Part shown: piece by piece, positions 19,372 through 30,351 of the stretch | Layout of the letters: each line of letters starts with the position of its first letter | Numbering within the stretch: position 1 is the stretch's first letter | Assembly (NCBI GenBank): GCA_963735595.1 | Contig: CAVTLK010000005.1 | Span: 256,001 to 320,000 of the forward strand | Source: an uncultured delta proteobacterium | GTDB taxonomy: Bacteria > Desulfobacterota > Zymogenia > Zymogenales > Zymogenaceae | Length of the DNA: 64,000 nt | Direction of reading: 5' to 3' | Translations under genes and position numbers: made by a program | The notes under the pieces: generated by a model | Database searches by the model: none | What the model was told of the DNA's origin: nothing | Seen by the model: the letters and a program-made list of their open reading frames with translations, nothing else

Positions 19372-20890
19372 CTATCGGTGCCGCTCGAACAGCTGGCCGA
19401 TCGAGTTCGCGTAATAGGTCAACACCTCGCGGCGCTTCGGGTTGATGACGATGGCGTCCTTTTTCTTCCGGGCGATCTTTCTCAGGCTCAGCACCTCCAT
19501 CGCCAGGTCGATAGTCTTTTGCATTTCCTCCATGTCGATGACCCCGCGCTCGAACGACAGGAGCTCGCCGGTGCGGTCGTCCGCCTCGAAGGCCAGCCGC
19601 CGCTGTTCCATCATCAGGTCGACGAACTCCTTGCCCCGGACGATCCGGGCGCTATTGAGGACGAGCGCCTTTTTCATCTCGGTCATCAGCTCGACCAGGT
19701 CGGCCTGGGGGATAACCTCGCGCCCGTCGGCAAGGAGCGCATAGGCCACGAACGTAACCGGGGTAACCGGTACGACCCGGCCGACTCCCTCCAGCACGTG
19801 CTGGGAAAACCGCTTTACCTCCTGCTTGTACTCGTCGGCATCGAGCGAAAAGATATCCCGGTCGAGCCGGGCGACGTAGTCCCGCAGCGAGACGTGCTCG
19901 CCCACGGCCACCGAGGTGTAGCCGTATTTGCGGACTCCCCTAAAGATATAGTAGAAGCCGTTTCTGACGATCACCCGCGGGACGGTGACGATCACCGAGA
20001 GCCCGGAGAGGATCCTTCCCAACCCCCGTTTCTCGGGCGGGGCGCCGTGGGCCTCCCCGACGAGGCTGAGGTCCTCCAGCACGCGGTCGTAGTTGATCCC
20101 CACGGGGACGAAGACGAGATCTCTTTGTGAACCCGGGGTCCTGGATCGTCCGGATGATGTAGTCCAGCAGCCCGATCTTAGGCGGCCCCAGGCTCCCGTC
20201 CCGCGACAGCCCCCCCTCGATGAAGATACCCTGGGTGATGCCGTTCTTGCTGATGAGCTGGATGTATTTTTCGAGCACCGTGTGGTAGAGGGGTTCGCGG
20301 TATTTTCGGCGGATGAAGTATGAGCCGAAGCTCTTGAAGATATATTCGAGGGGCCAGACCCGCGCCCATTCCCCCACGGCGTATGAGAGGGATATCCGCT
20401 CGGCCAGCATGTAGGCCACCAGTATGTAGTCGACGTTGCTGCGGTGGTTCATGATGTAGATAACGACGCTGTCCCTGGGTATTTTCTTGAGCGCCTCGAA
20501 GTTCTTCTTATCTATCACGACGTTATAGACGAGGTTGAGCAGGAAATGGGCCAGCCGGTAGCCGAAGGCGTAGTAGGACAGGATGTTGAAGTGGGGGACG
20601 ATCTCGTCGATATATCCCTCGACCCGCTCCAGGGTCCGCTCCGGGGAGGTCCGATGCTCTCTCTCGTGTGCCTCCATGGCCTGCCAGACGGCGGGCTCCT
20701 TCATGAGCTGGTACTTGATATATTTCTTCTGGGTCAGCTTGAAGCGCTCGACGCGGGCGCGGAACCGGTGGATGGCGGCGCGGCTGTATTTCCTGAACTT
20801 CCGCTCGAGGTACCGGCGGATCGGCTTTCTGAAGGCGAATAACAGGATGAGCAGGGCGAGGAGGACGATAAGTGCGCCGTTGAGCCGCAT
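19372..20890 (-). CDS. PlsB/DHAPAT-like glycerol-3-phosphate acyltransferase; frameshift near 20123
   Basis: NHRSNVDY, FIRR, FIEGGLSRDG, then FVPVGINYDRVLE in the next frame. Confidence 0.85.
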
Positions 20891-21006
20891 AGGACCCCCC
20901 GAAAAGGATACGGGGCATATGATACCAGATTCCGGGCAAAAAAAGATAGATTTTATTCGGGGAGGTTAAGAACCGCGGGAAGACCGTGGCCCTCCCGCGG
21001 ATAGGG

Positions 21007-21456
21007 TTAGACGGTCGGCACCTCCGCCTTGCATTTGCGGCACCGCTTGGACCCCCGGAAGAGGGAGCTGCCGCACGCCGCGCAGGTGTATCGCTTCTCC
21101 TGGGACTCGACCCATTTCTCGGTCCCGAGCTCCTTCCACCGGGGGATCTCGGCGAGGATCACCGCCTTTCCCGCCGGGAACGGGAAGTTCTCGACGTGGG
21201 AACAGGGGAAGTCGCTGCACTGGAAACAGCCTTCGTACCCCTTTTCGGTCGCGCAGGTCTTGATGGAGCACGTCCGGCAATAGAGGAACGGGTTTTCGGA
21301 GAGACACCCCTCGCACCGGAGGTCCTCCACCTTGACGCCGTAACCCGCCGCGACCTTCTCCTTGAAGGCCGCGTCATCCGAGAGATACGCGCCCCGGATG
21401 GCGCAGGCGCCGCAGTACAGGCCGCAGGGGGCCACGAGCTCACGCTGGACTGCCAT
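21007..21456 (-). CDS. DUF3795 domain cysteine-rich protein
   Basis: APCGLYCGAC, CEGC, CSIKTC, CFQCSDFPC, C-terminal CxxC..CxxC. Confidence 0.87.
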   Translation of the reverse strand: MAVQRELVAPCGLYCGACAIRGAYLSDDAAFKEKVAAGYGVKVEDLRCEGCLSENPFLYCRTCSIKTCATEKGYEGCFQCSDFPCSHVENFPFPAGKAVILAEIPRWKELGTEKWVESQEKRYTCAACGSSLFRGSKRCRKCKAEVPTV

Positions 21457-21589
21457 ATTCCTTCTCCATTAATGGTTCGTATGTACGTTAGCCGTATATT
21501 CGGCGGCACTCCCGCCCCGCGGCGGCAAGACCCGGCCGCATATACTATAAGACGAAAAGAACGCCGGTCTTATTGCGCACCGTTTTACG

Positions 21590-22195
21590 CTATCGTCCGC
21601 CTTCAAAGAAACCGGCAACGATCCCGGCCAGCCGCATCGTGTGGGCCCTGATCTCTTCGAGGCTCCTGCCGGGATATTTCGCGTAGCTGATCATGATCCC
21701 GTTGAGGGCCGAAAACAGGGTATGGGAGGTCATCCGGGTGTCGCCGGGGACGCGTGCGTCCCGTATCACGTCTTCGATCAGGTCGATGAGGCGCCGCATG
21801 ACCGGGTTGAGGCGGCCGATGGCCGCCTCCGAAAGCCTGCCGCCGATCATGAAATGGCTCATCATCTGGTAGTAGGTCATGTTGTCGTTCAGAAAGCCGA
21901 TGTAGATCTCGCAGAGGCGCCTGACCGAGCACCCTCCCGGAGCGGTAGACTCGGCCTGAACAAGGGTGGAAATCTCGTCGGCCCCGACGAAGAAGACGTC
22001 CAGAAACAGGTCGTCCATGCTCTCGTAGTAGCGATAGATCGTGCCGGGGCTGACGCCGGCCTCCCGGGCGATTTCCCGGGCGGTGACGCTGGCAAAATCA
22101 CGCTGGGCGAAGAGCTTCTGGGCGCACTCCCGTATCAGGGCGCGCCGCGCCTCCCGCTGGCTGTCTTTCAGGTCGTTGAACGTGACGACGGACAT
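21590..22195 (-). CDS. TetR/AcrR family transcriptional regulator
   Basis: AQKLFAQRDFASVTAREIAREAGVSPGTIYRYY HTH. Confidence 0.93.
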   Translation of the reverse strand: MSVVTFNDLKDSQREARRALIRECAQKLFAQRDFASVTAREIAREAGVSPGTIYRYYESMDDLFLDVFFVGADEISTLVQAESTAPGGCSVRRLCEIYIGFLNDNMTYYQMMSHFMIGGRLSEAAIGRLNPVMRRLIDLIEDVIRDARVPGDTRMTSHTLFSALNGIMISYAKYPGRSLEEIRAHTMRLAGIVAGFFEGGR

Positions 22196-22286
22196 GGTGT
22201 TTCCTTTATTTAGTCTGACCGGGCCGGCCGCCGGCCGGCCCTTCTCTTGGTATGCTTCCCGTTGGACTTTCTACTAAGCGAAGCGA

Positions 22287-23564
22287 TCAGTCCGCGACCT
22301 TGTTGTGCACCTGCCACATGTCGTCGTCGGTAAAGCAGCGCTCGCTCTCGTCCGGGTTCATGGCGTCCCGCTCCATCTCCCGCCGGTTGTAGGGCTGGAC
22401 GAGGACCTCGTCGTAGTATTCGTGCTGGATGAGGAGGTTCATGATCTCGCTGGTGCCGGTCCAGATCAGGGCAAGCCGCATGTCGCGCAGCGCCCGCTCG
22501 ATGGGGTAGACGTCGGTATAGCCGATGCCGCCCATGATCTGCATGGCGTTGTTGACGACGTCCCATGACGCCTTCGTGGCGAACTTCTTGGCCTCGCTGA
22601 CGATCCGGCGGACATTGGGATAATTATCGTCCACGGCCCGCGCCGCCATGTAGGTGAGGCCGCGGGCGGCGTCCAGCTGGGTGATGGAATCGGCCACCAT
22701 GAAGTTGACCGCCTGGAACTTGCGGATCAGTTTTCCGAAGGCCGCGCGCTTGTTGGAGTACCTGACCGCTACGTCCAGCGCGCCCCACGCGCCCAGGCAG
22801 CCGGCGGCCGAGGTGAGGCGCTCGGGGATCATCATCTGGTTGAAGCAGATCGCGCCGCCGTGCAGCTCTCCCAGGAGATTCTCCCTGGGGACCTTGACGT
22901 CCCTGAAGACGAGCCTTCCCGTGCCGCCGCCCTTGCAGCCCAGCAGCCCGTAGTGGTACTCGGTCTCGACGCCGGGCCCTTTTTCGACGATCAACAGGCT
23001 GATCCTGCCGTACTTGTGGGCATTCTGGTCAAAATTGGTCTTGCAGTAGACCACGAAGAAATCCGCGCCGTCGGCGCCGACGACAAACCGCTTCTGACCG
23101 TTGAGGACGAAGTGGTCGCCTTTAAGCTCCGCCTTGGTGGTGGCCCCGAAGAAGTCCGACCCGCCCCTCGGCTCGGTGAGGGCCTCGGCGGCAACGAGCT
23201 TGCCCGCGAGGTAGGGCTTGAGGTATTTTTCCTTCTGGGCGTCGGTGCCGAACTTATTGAGGGCCTCGCCCACGATGGAGGGCATGACAAAGGCGCACCC
23301 GAGCGCCATGCCGAGGCAGCCGATCTCCTCGGTGGCCGCCACGTCCGCCACCCAGCTCATCCCCCGGCCGCCCCACTTCTTGGGGAAACGGATGCCGCGC
23401 AGGTTATACTTGGCCAGTTTTTCCACGAACTCGCGGGGATAGACGATCTCGTCGTTGTCCATCGCCCGCAAGAAATCGGGGGTTACCTCGTCCCGGACGA
23501 ACTGGCGCACTTCGTCCCGGAGCGCCCGCTCCTCGGGCGTCAGCAAAAAGTCGTACATCGGCAT
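22287..23564 (-). CDS. acyl-CoA dehydrogenase family protein
   Basis: ALTEPRGGSD, LNGQKRF, RAAFGKLIRKFQAV, QIMGGIGY, IWTGTSEI. Confidence 0.95.
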   Translation of the reverse strand: MPMYDFLLTPEERALRDEVRQFVRDEVTPDFLRAMDNDEIVYPREFVEKLAKYNLRGIRFPKKWGGRGMSWVADVAATEEIGCLGMALGCAFVMPSIVGEALNKFGTDAQKEKYLKPYLAGKLVAAEALTEPRGGSDFFGATTKAELKGDHFVLNGQKRFVVGADGADFFVVYCKTNFDQNAHKYGRISLLIVEKGPGVETEYHYGLLGCKGGGTGRLVFRDVKVPRENLLGELHGGAICFNQMMIPERLTSAAGCLGAWGALDVAVRYSNKRAAFGKLIRKFQAVNFMVADSITQLDAARGLTYMAARAVDDNYPNVRRIVSEAKKFATKASWDVVNNAMQIMGGIGYTDVYPIERALRDMRLALIWTGTSEIMNLLIQHEYYDEVLVQPYNRREMERDAMNPDESERCFTDDDMWQVHNKVAD

Positions 23565-23590
23565 GGTATCTCCTCCAGCAACAGGGTAGT

Positions 23591-23632
23591 ATGAACAGCG
23601 TTTACGCTACTAAACGCAGTTCATTTTGTCAA
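23591..23632 (-). promoter_or_regulatory. promoter of the acyl-CoA dehydrogenase-tetR operon with overlapping operator
   Basis: minus strand TTGACA (23627-32)-17 nt-TAGCGT; inverted repeat ATGAACAGCGTTTA-6-TAAACGCAGTTCAT (23591-23624). Confidence 0.65.
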
Positions 23633-23728
23633 GGGAAATAAGCCCGGCAGGCGCGCATTTTTACTTGACATTATAAACAAACTATATATATCTATAGTAT
23701 ATATATAGTATAAACATAGGAGGGCACC

Positions 23729-24455
23729 GTGGAAGACAGGCTCATTGAGAGCAAGGCGTACCGGGTCATCCTCTTAGGCGTCATCGAGATCATCGGGAAC
23801 AACGGTTTGAAATCGATCCTCAACTACTCCAGCCTCACAAAATACGCCGATATGATCCCCGCGGGTGACAACGGTAAGGCTGAGCCGAAAATATCCGAGG
23901 TAGCAAGGCTCAGCGGGGGCATCGAAGAAATTTATGGGAAGAACGGCGCGCGGGCGATACTCTTTCAGGTGGGCAGGATGCAGGCCAAATGGGGGCTGGA
24001 CGAGAATCCCGGATATCGCCAGCTGCGGCGAAGGCCGCGATGTCCGAGATGAGCGAGAGCGACCGGGCGAAGGTCATCCTCAACTATACGGCCGATACGA
24101 TAACCAAGCAGCTCAACACCAGGACCGTGGATCGAGCAGGAGGGGGACGTCTTCTTCTATAAGGACGAGGCGGCGACCCACTGCTTCAATCGAAAGAGCG
24201 AAACCCCCGTCTGCCACACGACAGCCGGTTTCTAGGCGGGCTGGTTGCATGGGCGGTCGGCAATAACGGGTGGAAGGTCGAGGAGACGGAGTGCATGGCG
24301 ATGGGGATGCCCTCTGTACGTACCGGATCAGCAAGATGGACGGGGGAAAACGGCGGGGTTCGTCGAGACAGGGAAGTCGTCGAATTCGCCGTTTTGTTTC
24401 TTCTATTCACCACAAAGACACGAAGACACAAAGAAAGAAAAGAGAAGACCTTTAG
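23729..24455 (+). CDS. stand-alone V4R domain protein; several indels, 3' end uncertain
   Basis: EIIGNNGLKSILN, IEEIYGKNGARAILFQVGR, then PVCHTTAGF, WKVEETECMAMG, CTYRI in shifting frames. Confidence 0.75.
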
Positions 24456-24496
24456 TCCTTTCATTGTTCTTCGTGTCTTTGTGCCTTTGTGGTGAA
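24406..24496. repeat. CACCACAAAG-family inverted doublet (91 bp)
   Basis: TTCACCACAAAGACACGAAGACACAAAG ... CTTCGTGTCTTTGTGCCTTTGTGGTGAA; 28-bp arms with 3 mismatches. Confidence 0.85.
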
Positions 24497-24571
24497 CGCT
24501 CTTAGAATACGCTTCGAGTGGTACCGATAAAATTAGCCATAACGAAACAGTCAGGAAAACCGCTTTACTCC

Positions 24572-24598
24572 CGTAGGGGCCGCATTCATGCGGCCCGT
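24572..24598 (+). repeat. GTAG-tagged REP
   Basis: GTAG followed by perfect hairpin GGGCCGCAT-TC-ATGCGGCCC. Confidence 0.8.
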
Positions 24599-24605
24599 CT
24601 TCTTT

Positions 24606-24760
24606 CCGTCATTGCGAGGGAGTGAAAGCAGCTTGCTTCCCGCCACGTCGCTTTCGCTCCTCGCGGCTTCGGCAGGACGCTCGCAACAAGCTCCTCAATC
24701 CTCTGTTATACGGTGACAGTCAGGGATTGCCACGCCCCCTTCGGGGGCTCGCAATGACGG
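24606..24760. repeat. CGTC-tagged REP inverted doublet with internal insert
   Basis: CCGTCATTGCGAG ... GATTGCCACGCCCCCTTCGGGGGCTCGCAATGACGG. Confidence 0.82.
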
Positions 24761-24800
24761 TAGGTAGCGGTGGCCGGGGGATTACCTCCTTCGCTCTCCG

Positions 24801-26253
24801 TTACGACGTAACGCCCTTTTTCCACCGCGCGTAGCGCGCCATCGTGGCAAGCGCAAAGGCCGCGCGCTCCGGCGTCGGGTAGACCGGGATGCCCAGCTCC
24901 ATCATCCGCGCAACCGGCGCGTCTTCTATCCCGGTGAACGACGAGGAGAGCACCGGGACGCCCGCCTTCCTGAGGATGTCGTTGAATCCCTCGGCGTTGC
25001 TGCATATGTAGCTGTCATACCCGGCTACCATCGCGTCGTCCATACCCTGCACCATCGAGCCGAATTTCTTCTTGCCGTGGGTGGCGCCGAAGACGCCGTA
25101 GAAGAGCACCGCGTCGATCTCACCGCTGTCAATGATTATCCGGGGCACGTCGATAAAGAAGCGCTTGATGTCGAAATCCATCGTCAGGTCCAGCGGGTTT
25201 CTCACCTGCGCGGTGGGGATGACGATCGCCCTCAAGCTGTTTCTGGAGGGCCTCGGAGAATTCCGGCACGGCAAGCCCCAGGCGCGCGGCCGCGTCGGCC
25301 ATCGACGTCCCGGGCCCGCCGGAGTTGGTGATGACGGCCACACGGTTGCCCCGCGGCAGCGGCTGGGTGGCAAAGGCGTGGGCCGTATCGTAGAGCTGCT
25401 CCACGGTATCCACGCGGATCACGCCGCTCTGGGCAAAGACGCCGTTGATGATCGCGTCGGGCGTCGCGATTGCCCCGGTGTGGGAGCGGCCCGCCCGGGA
25501 GCCCGCCTCCGTCCCCCCCACGTAGAGCGCCACGACCGGCTTTTTCGCGGTCGTTTTACTCACAATCTCGATAAATTTCGGACCGTCCGATATCCCCTCC
25601 ACGTAGGCCGCCACCGACCTAGTTGTCGGGTCATCGCCAAAATAGCCGATGCAGTCCGCGATATCGATATCGGCCTGGTTCCCGACGGATACGGCCGAAG
25701 ACAGGTTCATCCCGAGCCTCTTGAAATAGGGCAGCGGCTGGGTGATGTAGCTGCCGCTCTGGGAGACCAGCGCCATCCCCCCGGCGGCGCCTTCGTAGAG
25801 GAACATGGAGATGTCAAGCTTCGCGTGGCTGTTGATGACGCCGATGCAGTTGGGCCCGATGAAGCGAACACCGTTCTTCTTCGCCTCGGCCAGCAGCTCT
25901 TTTTCAAGGGCGGCGCCCTCGGCCCCCATCTCCCGGTACCCGGCGGTTATCACGACCGCCTGCCGGATGCCCTTTTGCCCGCACTGGGCGAGGATGCCGG
26001 GGACGAGCCTGGACTGCACCACGATGACGGCAAGGTCGATCTCGCCGGGGACGTCCGTCAGGGCCGGGTAGGCGGCGAGTCCCAGGGCCGTCTTCTCCCT
26101 CGGGTGGATCGGGTAGATCGGTCCGGGGAAACCCGCCGAAATGACCGAGGCCATGAGGTTGGTAGCGGGACTGGTGAAGCTGTTTGACGCGCCGACAACG
26201 GCGATCGAGCGGGGATTGAGTATCCGGGAAAGCGCGTGGCTGGTGTCGTTCAT
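24801..26253 (-). CDS. ADP-forming acyl-CoA synthetase alpha-type (CoA-binding) protein; frameshift near 25236
   Basis: PRSIAVVGAS, IGPNCIG, SQSG, VGNQAD, SHTGA, ITNSGGPG, RNPLDLT. Confidence 0.9.
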
Positions 26254-26290
26254 GAGATTCCCTTATGTGTGTGATGGCGAGGTTGAGCCG

Positions 26291-26319
26291 ATTATATGAT
26301 TGACCAGTCAATCTGTCAA
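26291..26319 (-). promoter_or_regulatory. perfect sigma70 promoter with operator palindrome in the spacer
   Basis: minus strand TTGACA-GATTGACTGGTCAATCA-TATAAT; GATTGAC-CA-GTCAATC at 26298-26313. Confidence 0.85.
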
Positions 26320-26504
26320 CTGTTAGTCGGGGGATTCCCGTCCGGACAGTATAATTATTTCCGCTTTTACGACGTACAGCGGTGCGGCCCATCGGCGGGG
26401 TAGCGACAAGCGTCATTACAATTGACACCGCCCTCGAAATGCCGTATCCTTTTTTCGAGGATGTTACGCGATTATGACTATATATAATACATCAGGGGGG
26501 AGTC

Positions 26505-28105
26505 ATGGCACGGGAGACACTGACGTGGCACTATGTTAAAAAGTGGGCGGACGAGCGGCCCGACAAAGAGGCCCTTATCTTCGGGGAAAAGCGGGTAACC
26601 TTCAAGGAATTCTACGACACGACCCTGCGGACGGCAAAGCTCCTCCTCTCGCTGGGGGTGAAAACGGGCGACCGTATCTTTACGCTGTCGGCCGCGCGGG
26701 ACGAGTGGCTCTACCACTACATGGCCGCGGGGATGATAGGGGCGATCTGGTACGGACTGAATCCCCGTTATACTGTCAGATGAGTTCCTCTACCAGGTTG
26801 ATAGACGCGAACACCGACGGTCGGCTTCGTGGTGCGCACGTACGATCTCCTCCAGAAGGATTACCGGGAAGACATGGCCGCCGTCAAAGAGGCCAACCCC
26901 GGCCTGAAACACCTGGTCGTCATCGGCGAGCCCTGGGAAGGGACGCTCTCGTGGGAAGAGGAGGTCAAAAAGGACCGCCCCGAGCTCGACGAGGAGCTGA
27001 AAAAACGGATGGCCGAGGTAAACGCCGACGACCCGACCCTCATCATCTACACCTCGGGGACGACCGGAAAGCCCAAGGGGGCGCTGCTCTGACCCACCGC
27101 AACATCATCGCCGCCATCGAGGTCGAGGTCAAGCACTTCATGGTCAACCATGAGCCGGGCGAGGGGAAGTTCCTGCTCCATTTCCCGATCAACCACGTGG
27201 CCGGGGCGGTGGAAATCGCCTATGCCTGCATATACTCCGGGGTCCCGATGGTCCTCATGGATAAGTTCGACGCCGCCGCAACGCTGGCAACGATCGTCAA
27301 GGAAAAGATCACGGTCCTCGGCCAGGTGCCGGCCATGTTCCTGCTCGAATTCAAAGTCCCCGATTTCGACAGCTACGACCTCTCGTCGATCAGGAATTAC
27401 ATGTGGGCCGGGGCGGCAGCCCCGGAGGGGATGGTCAAGAAGCTCGCGGCCACCGGGGCAACGCTTATCACCGGCTACGGGCAGACGGAAAACGCCGGCT
27501 TCATCACGTACAGCAAGCCGGGTGATTCCATGGACGACCTGATCAAGACCGTCGGCAAATGCGACGACGCGTTTGAAATCAAGCTCATGAACAACGACGG
27601 CAAAGAGGTCCCCAAAGGCGAGGTGGGGGAGATATGGATGAAGGGTGACCTCGTCATGAAGGGCTACTGGAACAACCCCTCGGCCACCGCCGAGACGATC
27701 GTGGCGGGCGGGTGGCTCCGCTCCGGCGACCTTGCCACGATGGACGAGCGCGGCTACATCACCATCGTCGGCAGGACCAAGGAGATGTTCAAGTCGGGCG
27801 GCTACAACGTCTACCCGCGGGAGATCGAGGCCGTCATCGAGCGGCACCCCAACGTCGCCTTCGTGACCATCGTCCCCATCCCGGACGAGACCTGGCAGGA
27901 GGTCGGCAAGGCGTTTATCATGCCGGTGCCCGGCACCGAGATCAAGGAAGAGGAGCTGCGGGAGCTCTGCAAGAAACACCTGGCCAACTACAAGGTGCCC
28001 AAGGAGTTCGAGGTCAGGCCGATCCTGCCGCTGCTTCCCACCGGCAAGATCAACCGGCTGGCGCTGGTGGCCGAAGAGAAAAAGAAGCGTGAGGGCGGCG
28101 CGTAA
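26505..28105 (+). CDS. AMP-forming acyl-CoA synthetase (class I adenylate-forming); indels at ~26780-26820 and ~27090
   Basis: YTSGTTGKPKG, GYGQTE, GWLRSGDL, KSGGYNVYPREIE, LPTGKI. Confidence 0.92.
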
Positions 28106-28179
28106 GAGGAGTCGGGGGGTATGCGGTACGTTGTGCGTACCACGTCGGATCGGCCTTCGATAAAAAGACAGGAGCGGAT

Positions 28180-29123
28180 ATGAGACGACGGGTGGTTGGT
28201 TCGTGTATCCTCGCGGCGGTAATCGTCGCGTGGTGCGGCTGCGGCGCCTACGCGGCCGGGCCGCTCACCCTTGCCACGGGGCAGCCCGGTGATTTCTTCT
28301 GGGTCATGGGAAAGGAGCTGTGCCGGATCTGGAGCGCGGAGGGCCTGCCCGCAGAAGTGGTGGAGACGGCCGGGGATCGTGAAAACATCGATCTGGTCGC
28401 CGCGGGGAAGGCCGATATCGCCCTCGTGTCGGGCATCGCGCTGGCGGGCTTTCTGGCCGAGCACCCCGGTTCCCCGATCGTCACCGTCGCGACATGCTGG
28501 GAGAAGCCGGTCCACGTTATGCTTAAAAAGAAACTCATCGAGACCGGCACCATGCGCGACCTGGAGAAGAGAAAGCTCTATCTCGGGCCCGAGGCGAGCC
28601 CCGATGGAGTCGCGGCCAGGCGTATGCTGGCCGTCCTCGGTATCGAGCCGTACCGGCATACCAGGGACGTCGCCGAAACCGAGCTGCTCTCGGTCATGAC
28701 CGATTTTGTGAAACAGGAGCTTGACGGGGCGATCGTTATCGGGCCCGTCGGCGACCCGATGGTGCGCGACATCATCGGCGGTTCCGGCGGCATCTTACGG
28801 GCTTATCCCGGCCGACGAAGCGGCGGTATCGGCCCTCGCCGGGGCGGGGCTGCCCCTGTTCCTGTCGACGATACCCGCGGATAGCTACCCGTACCACCCC
28901 GATCCGGTCAACGTGATCGCGGATGGGAACCTACCTCATTGCGCGGGCCGATCTCCCGGACGAGACGGCCCGGAGGCTGTCGGCGGGCATCTTCGATAAC
29001 GCGGCTCGGATCGCCGCGTATTTCCCCCAGGGGGGGACGCTTTCGTCCGAAAACGCCACGGCGCACCCGGTCGCCCCGCTGCACCCCGGCCCTGAAGTGA
29101 CCGTCGGCAGGAAACGACCATAA
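28180..29123 (+). CDS. TAXI family TRAP solute-binding protein; indels at ~28800 and ~28925
   Basis: LATGQPG, ETAGDRENIDLV..GKADIAL, IPADSYP, LIARADLPDE, APLHPG. Confidence 0.8.
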
Positions 29124-29125
29124 AC

Positions 29126-29152
29126 AAAGGCCGGGTATCCCCGGCCTTTTTT
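29126..29152. terminator. terminator between convergent genes
   Basis: AAAGGCCGGG-TATC-CCCGGCC-TTTTTT. Confidence 0.75.
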
Positions 29153-29180
29153 GTTTCGCGATACGCCGTCCTGTCTGCAG

Positions 29181-30351
29181 CTATTTCCCCTCCATCTCCT
29201 TGACGGCCTCGATGCAGATTGAGAGCGCCGACTGGAGCTTTTCCTCCTCGATGTTGCCGGGGTTGTCCAGCGGCGAGTGCCAGAGGGAAAAGAGTTCGGT
29301 CTCATCCATGCCGAAGAGGCAGGCCGACTTTCCGCCGTGCTTGATGATCGAGTAGGAATCGGTGCCGCCGTAGGTGATGGCGATCTTCGGCAGATCGATC
29401 CCCGCGCGCCTGCCCGCCCGCTCGATGAGGTCGATGGCCTCGGGGCTGTAGGGGTTCATGTACATCTTTTCCTTTTCGATGATCCCGAGCCTGCCCGACC
29501 CCACGGTCTCCATGTTGATAGTTTATCGCGTCTCGGATCAGCTTCTGTTCCCCTGGGCGAATCCCCACGAGCCGTACATGAAGGGCTCCTCGGAACCGAA
29601 CGAGACGAGCACTGACCTCGTCGTTTTTCGGGGGGTTCTTCTTGAGGTAGTCGGCGATTCCCACGAGCACGACCACCGCCGACAGGTTGTCGTTGGCGCC
29701 CGAGGTTCCTGACGCCGGTGATCATCTGCGACCGGAAAATAGACGCCTACCGCGAGGCCGACCAGCGATATCCCGAAGATCACGTCATACCAGGCCAGGC
29801 CGAACGGGCGCGAGATCACCGGTCCCGCAAGTATCGCGCGGAGGATCCCCGCCGGGATGAGCAGCGCCATGCCAACGACGATCGACTGCTCGATGAGGTG
29901 GACGTACCGCTTGGTCCTGAGGCCCAGCATCGGCATCATGTCCGGGCTGTCGTGGTGGCCCGAAAAGATGAGGGTCTGCGTCCGCTTGCCCTTCGGGGCA
30001 AAGGTCGCCATTATGTTTCGGGTCGTCGTCTTTTTGAACATCCAGTCGATAACCCCGTTTCCGAACTGGCGGGAGAGGATAAGCAGGGTCAGGAACGCCG
30101 CCACCAGCAGCGCCGAGACCACGGGAACAAAGAAGTAGCAGGCGGCCGAGATAAGATAGACCCCGGTAATAACGTTGATGAGGCCCGGCAATGATCCCCG
30201 GGGCCACCGGGACGTCCTGGGTGGAAATTGTTGCGCCCCTCTTTTTGAACTCGGCGGCGATTACACGTCCGGCCTTCAGTTCCGCGTCGCTGCCCGCGGG
30301 GCGGGGGCCGATCTCGTCGATAATTCGCTGGATAAACGGCTTGAGATCCAT
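29181..30351 (-). CDS. membrane M28 family metallopeptidase; multiple indels
   Basis: IGPRPAGSDAE, FSGHHDS, GANDNLS, FGSEE, GGTDS, WHSPLD across frames. Confidence 0.8.

Noticed and set aside
24233..24235. In-frame TAG in the V4R gene as possible pyrrolysine
   Set aside because: Homology continues in a different frame, so it is an indel rather than read-through.
27090..27092. TGA after GALL in the acyl-CoA ligase as possible selenocysteine
   Set aside because: The expected THRN continues in another frame and the position is not a Cys site.
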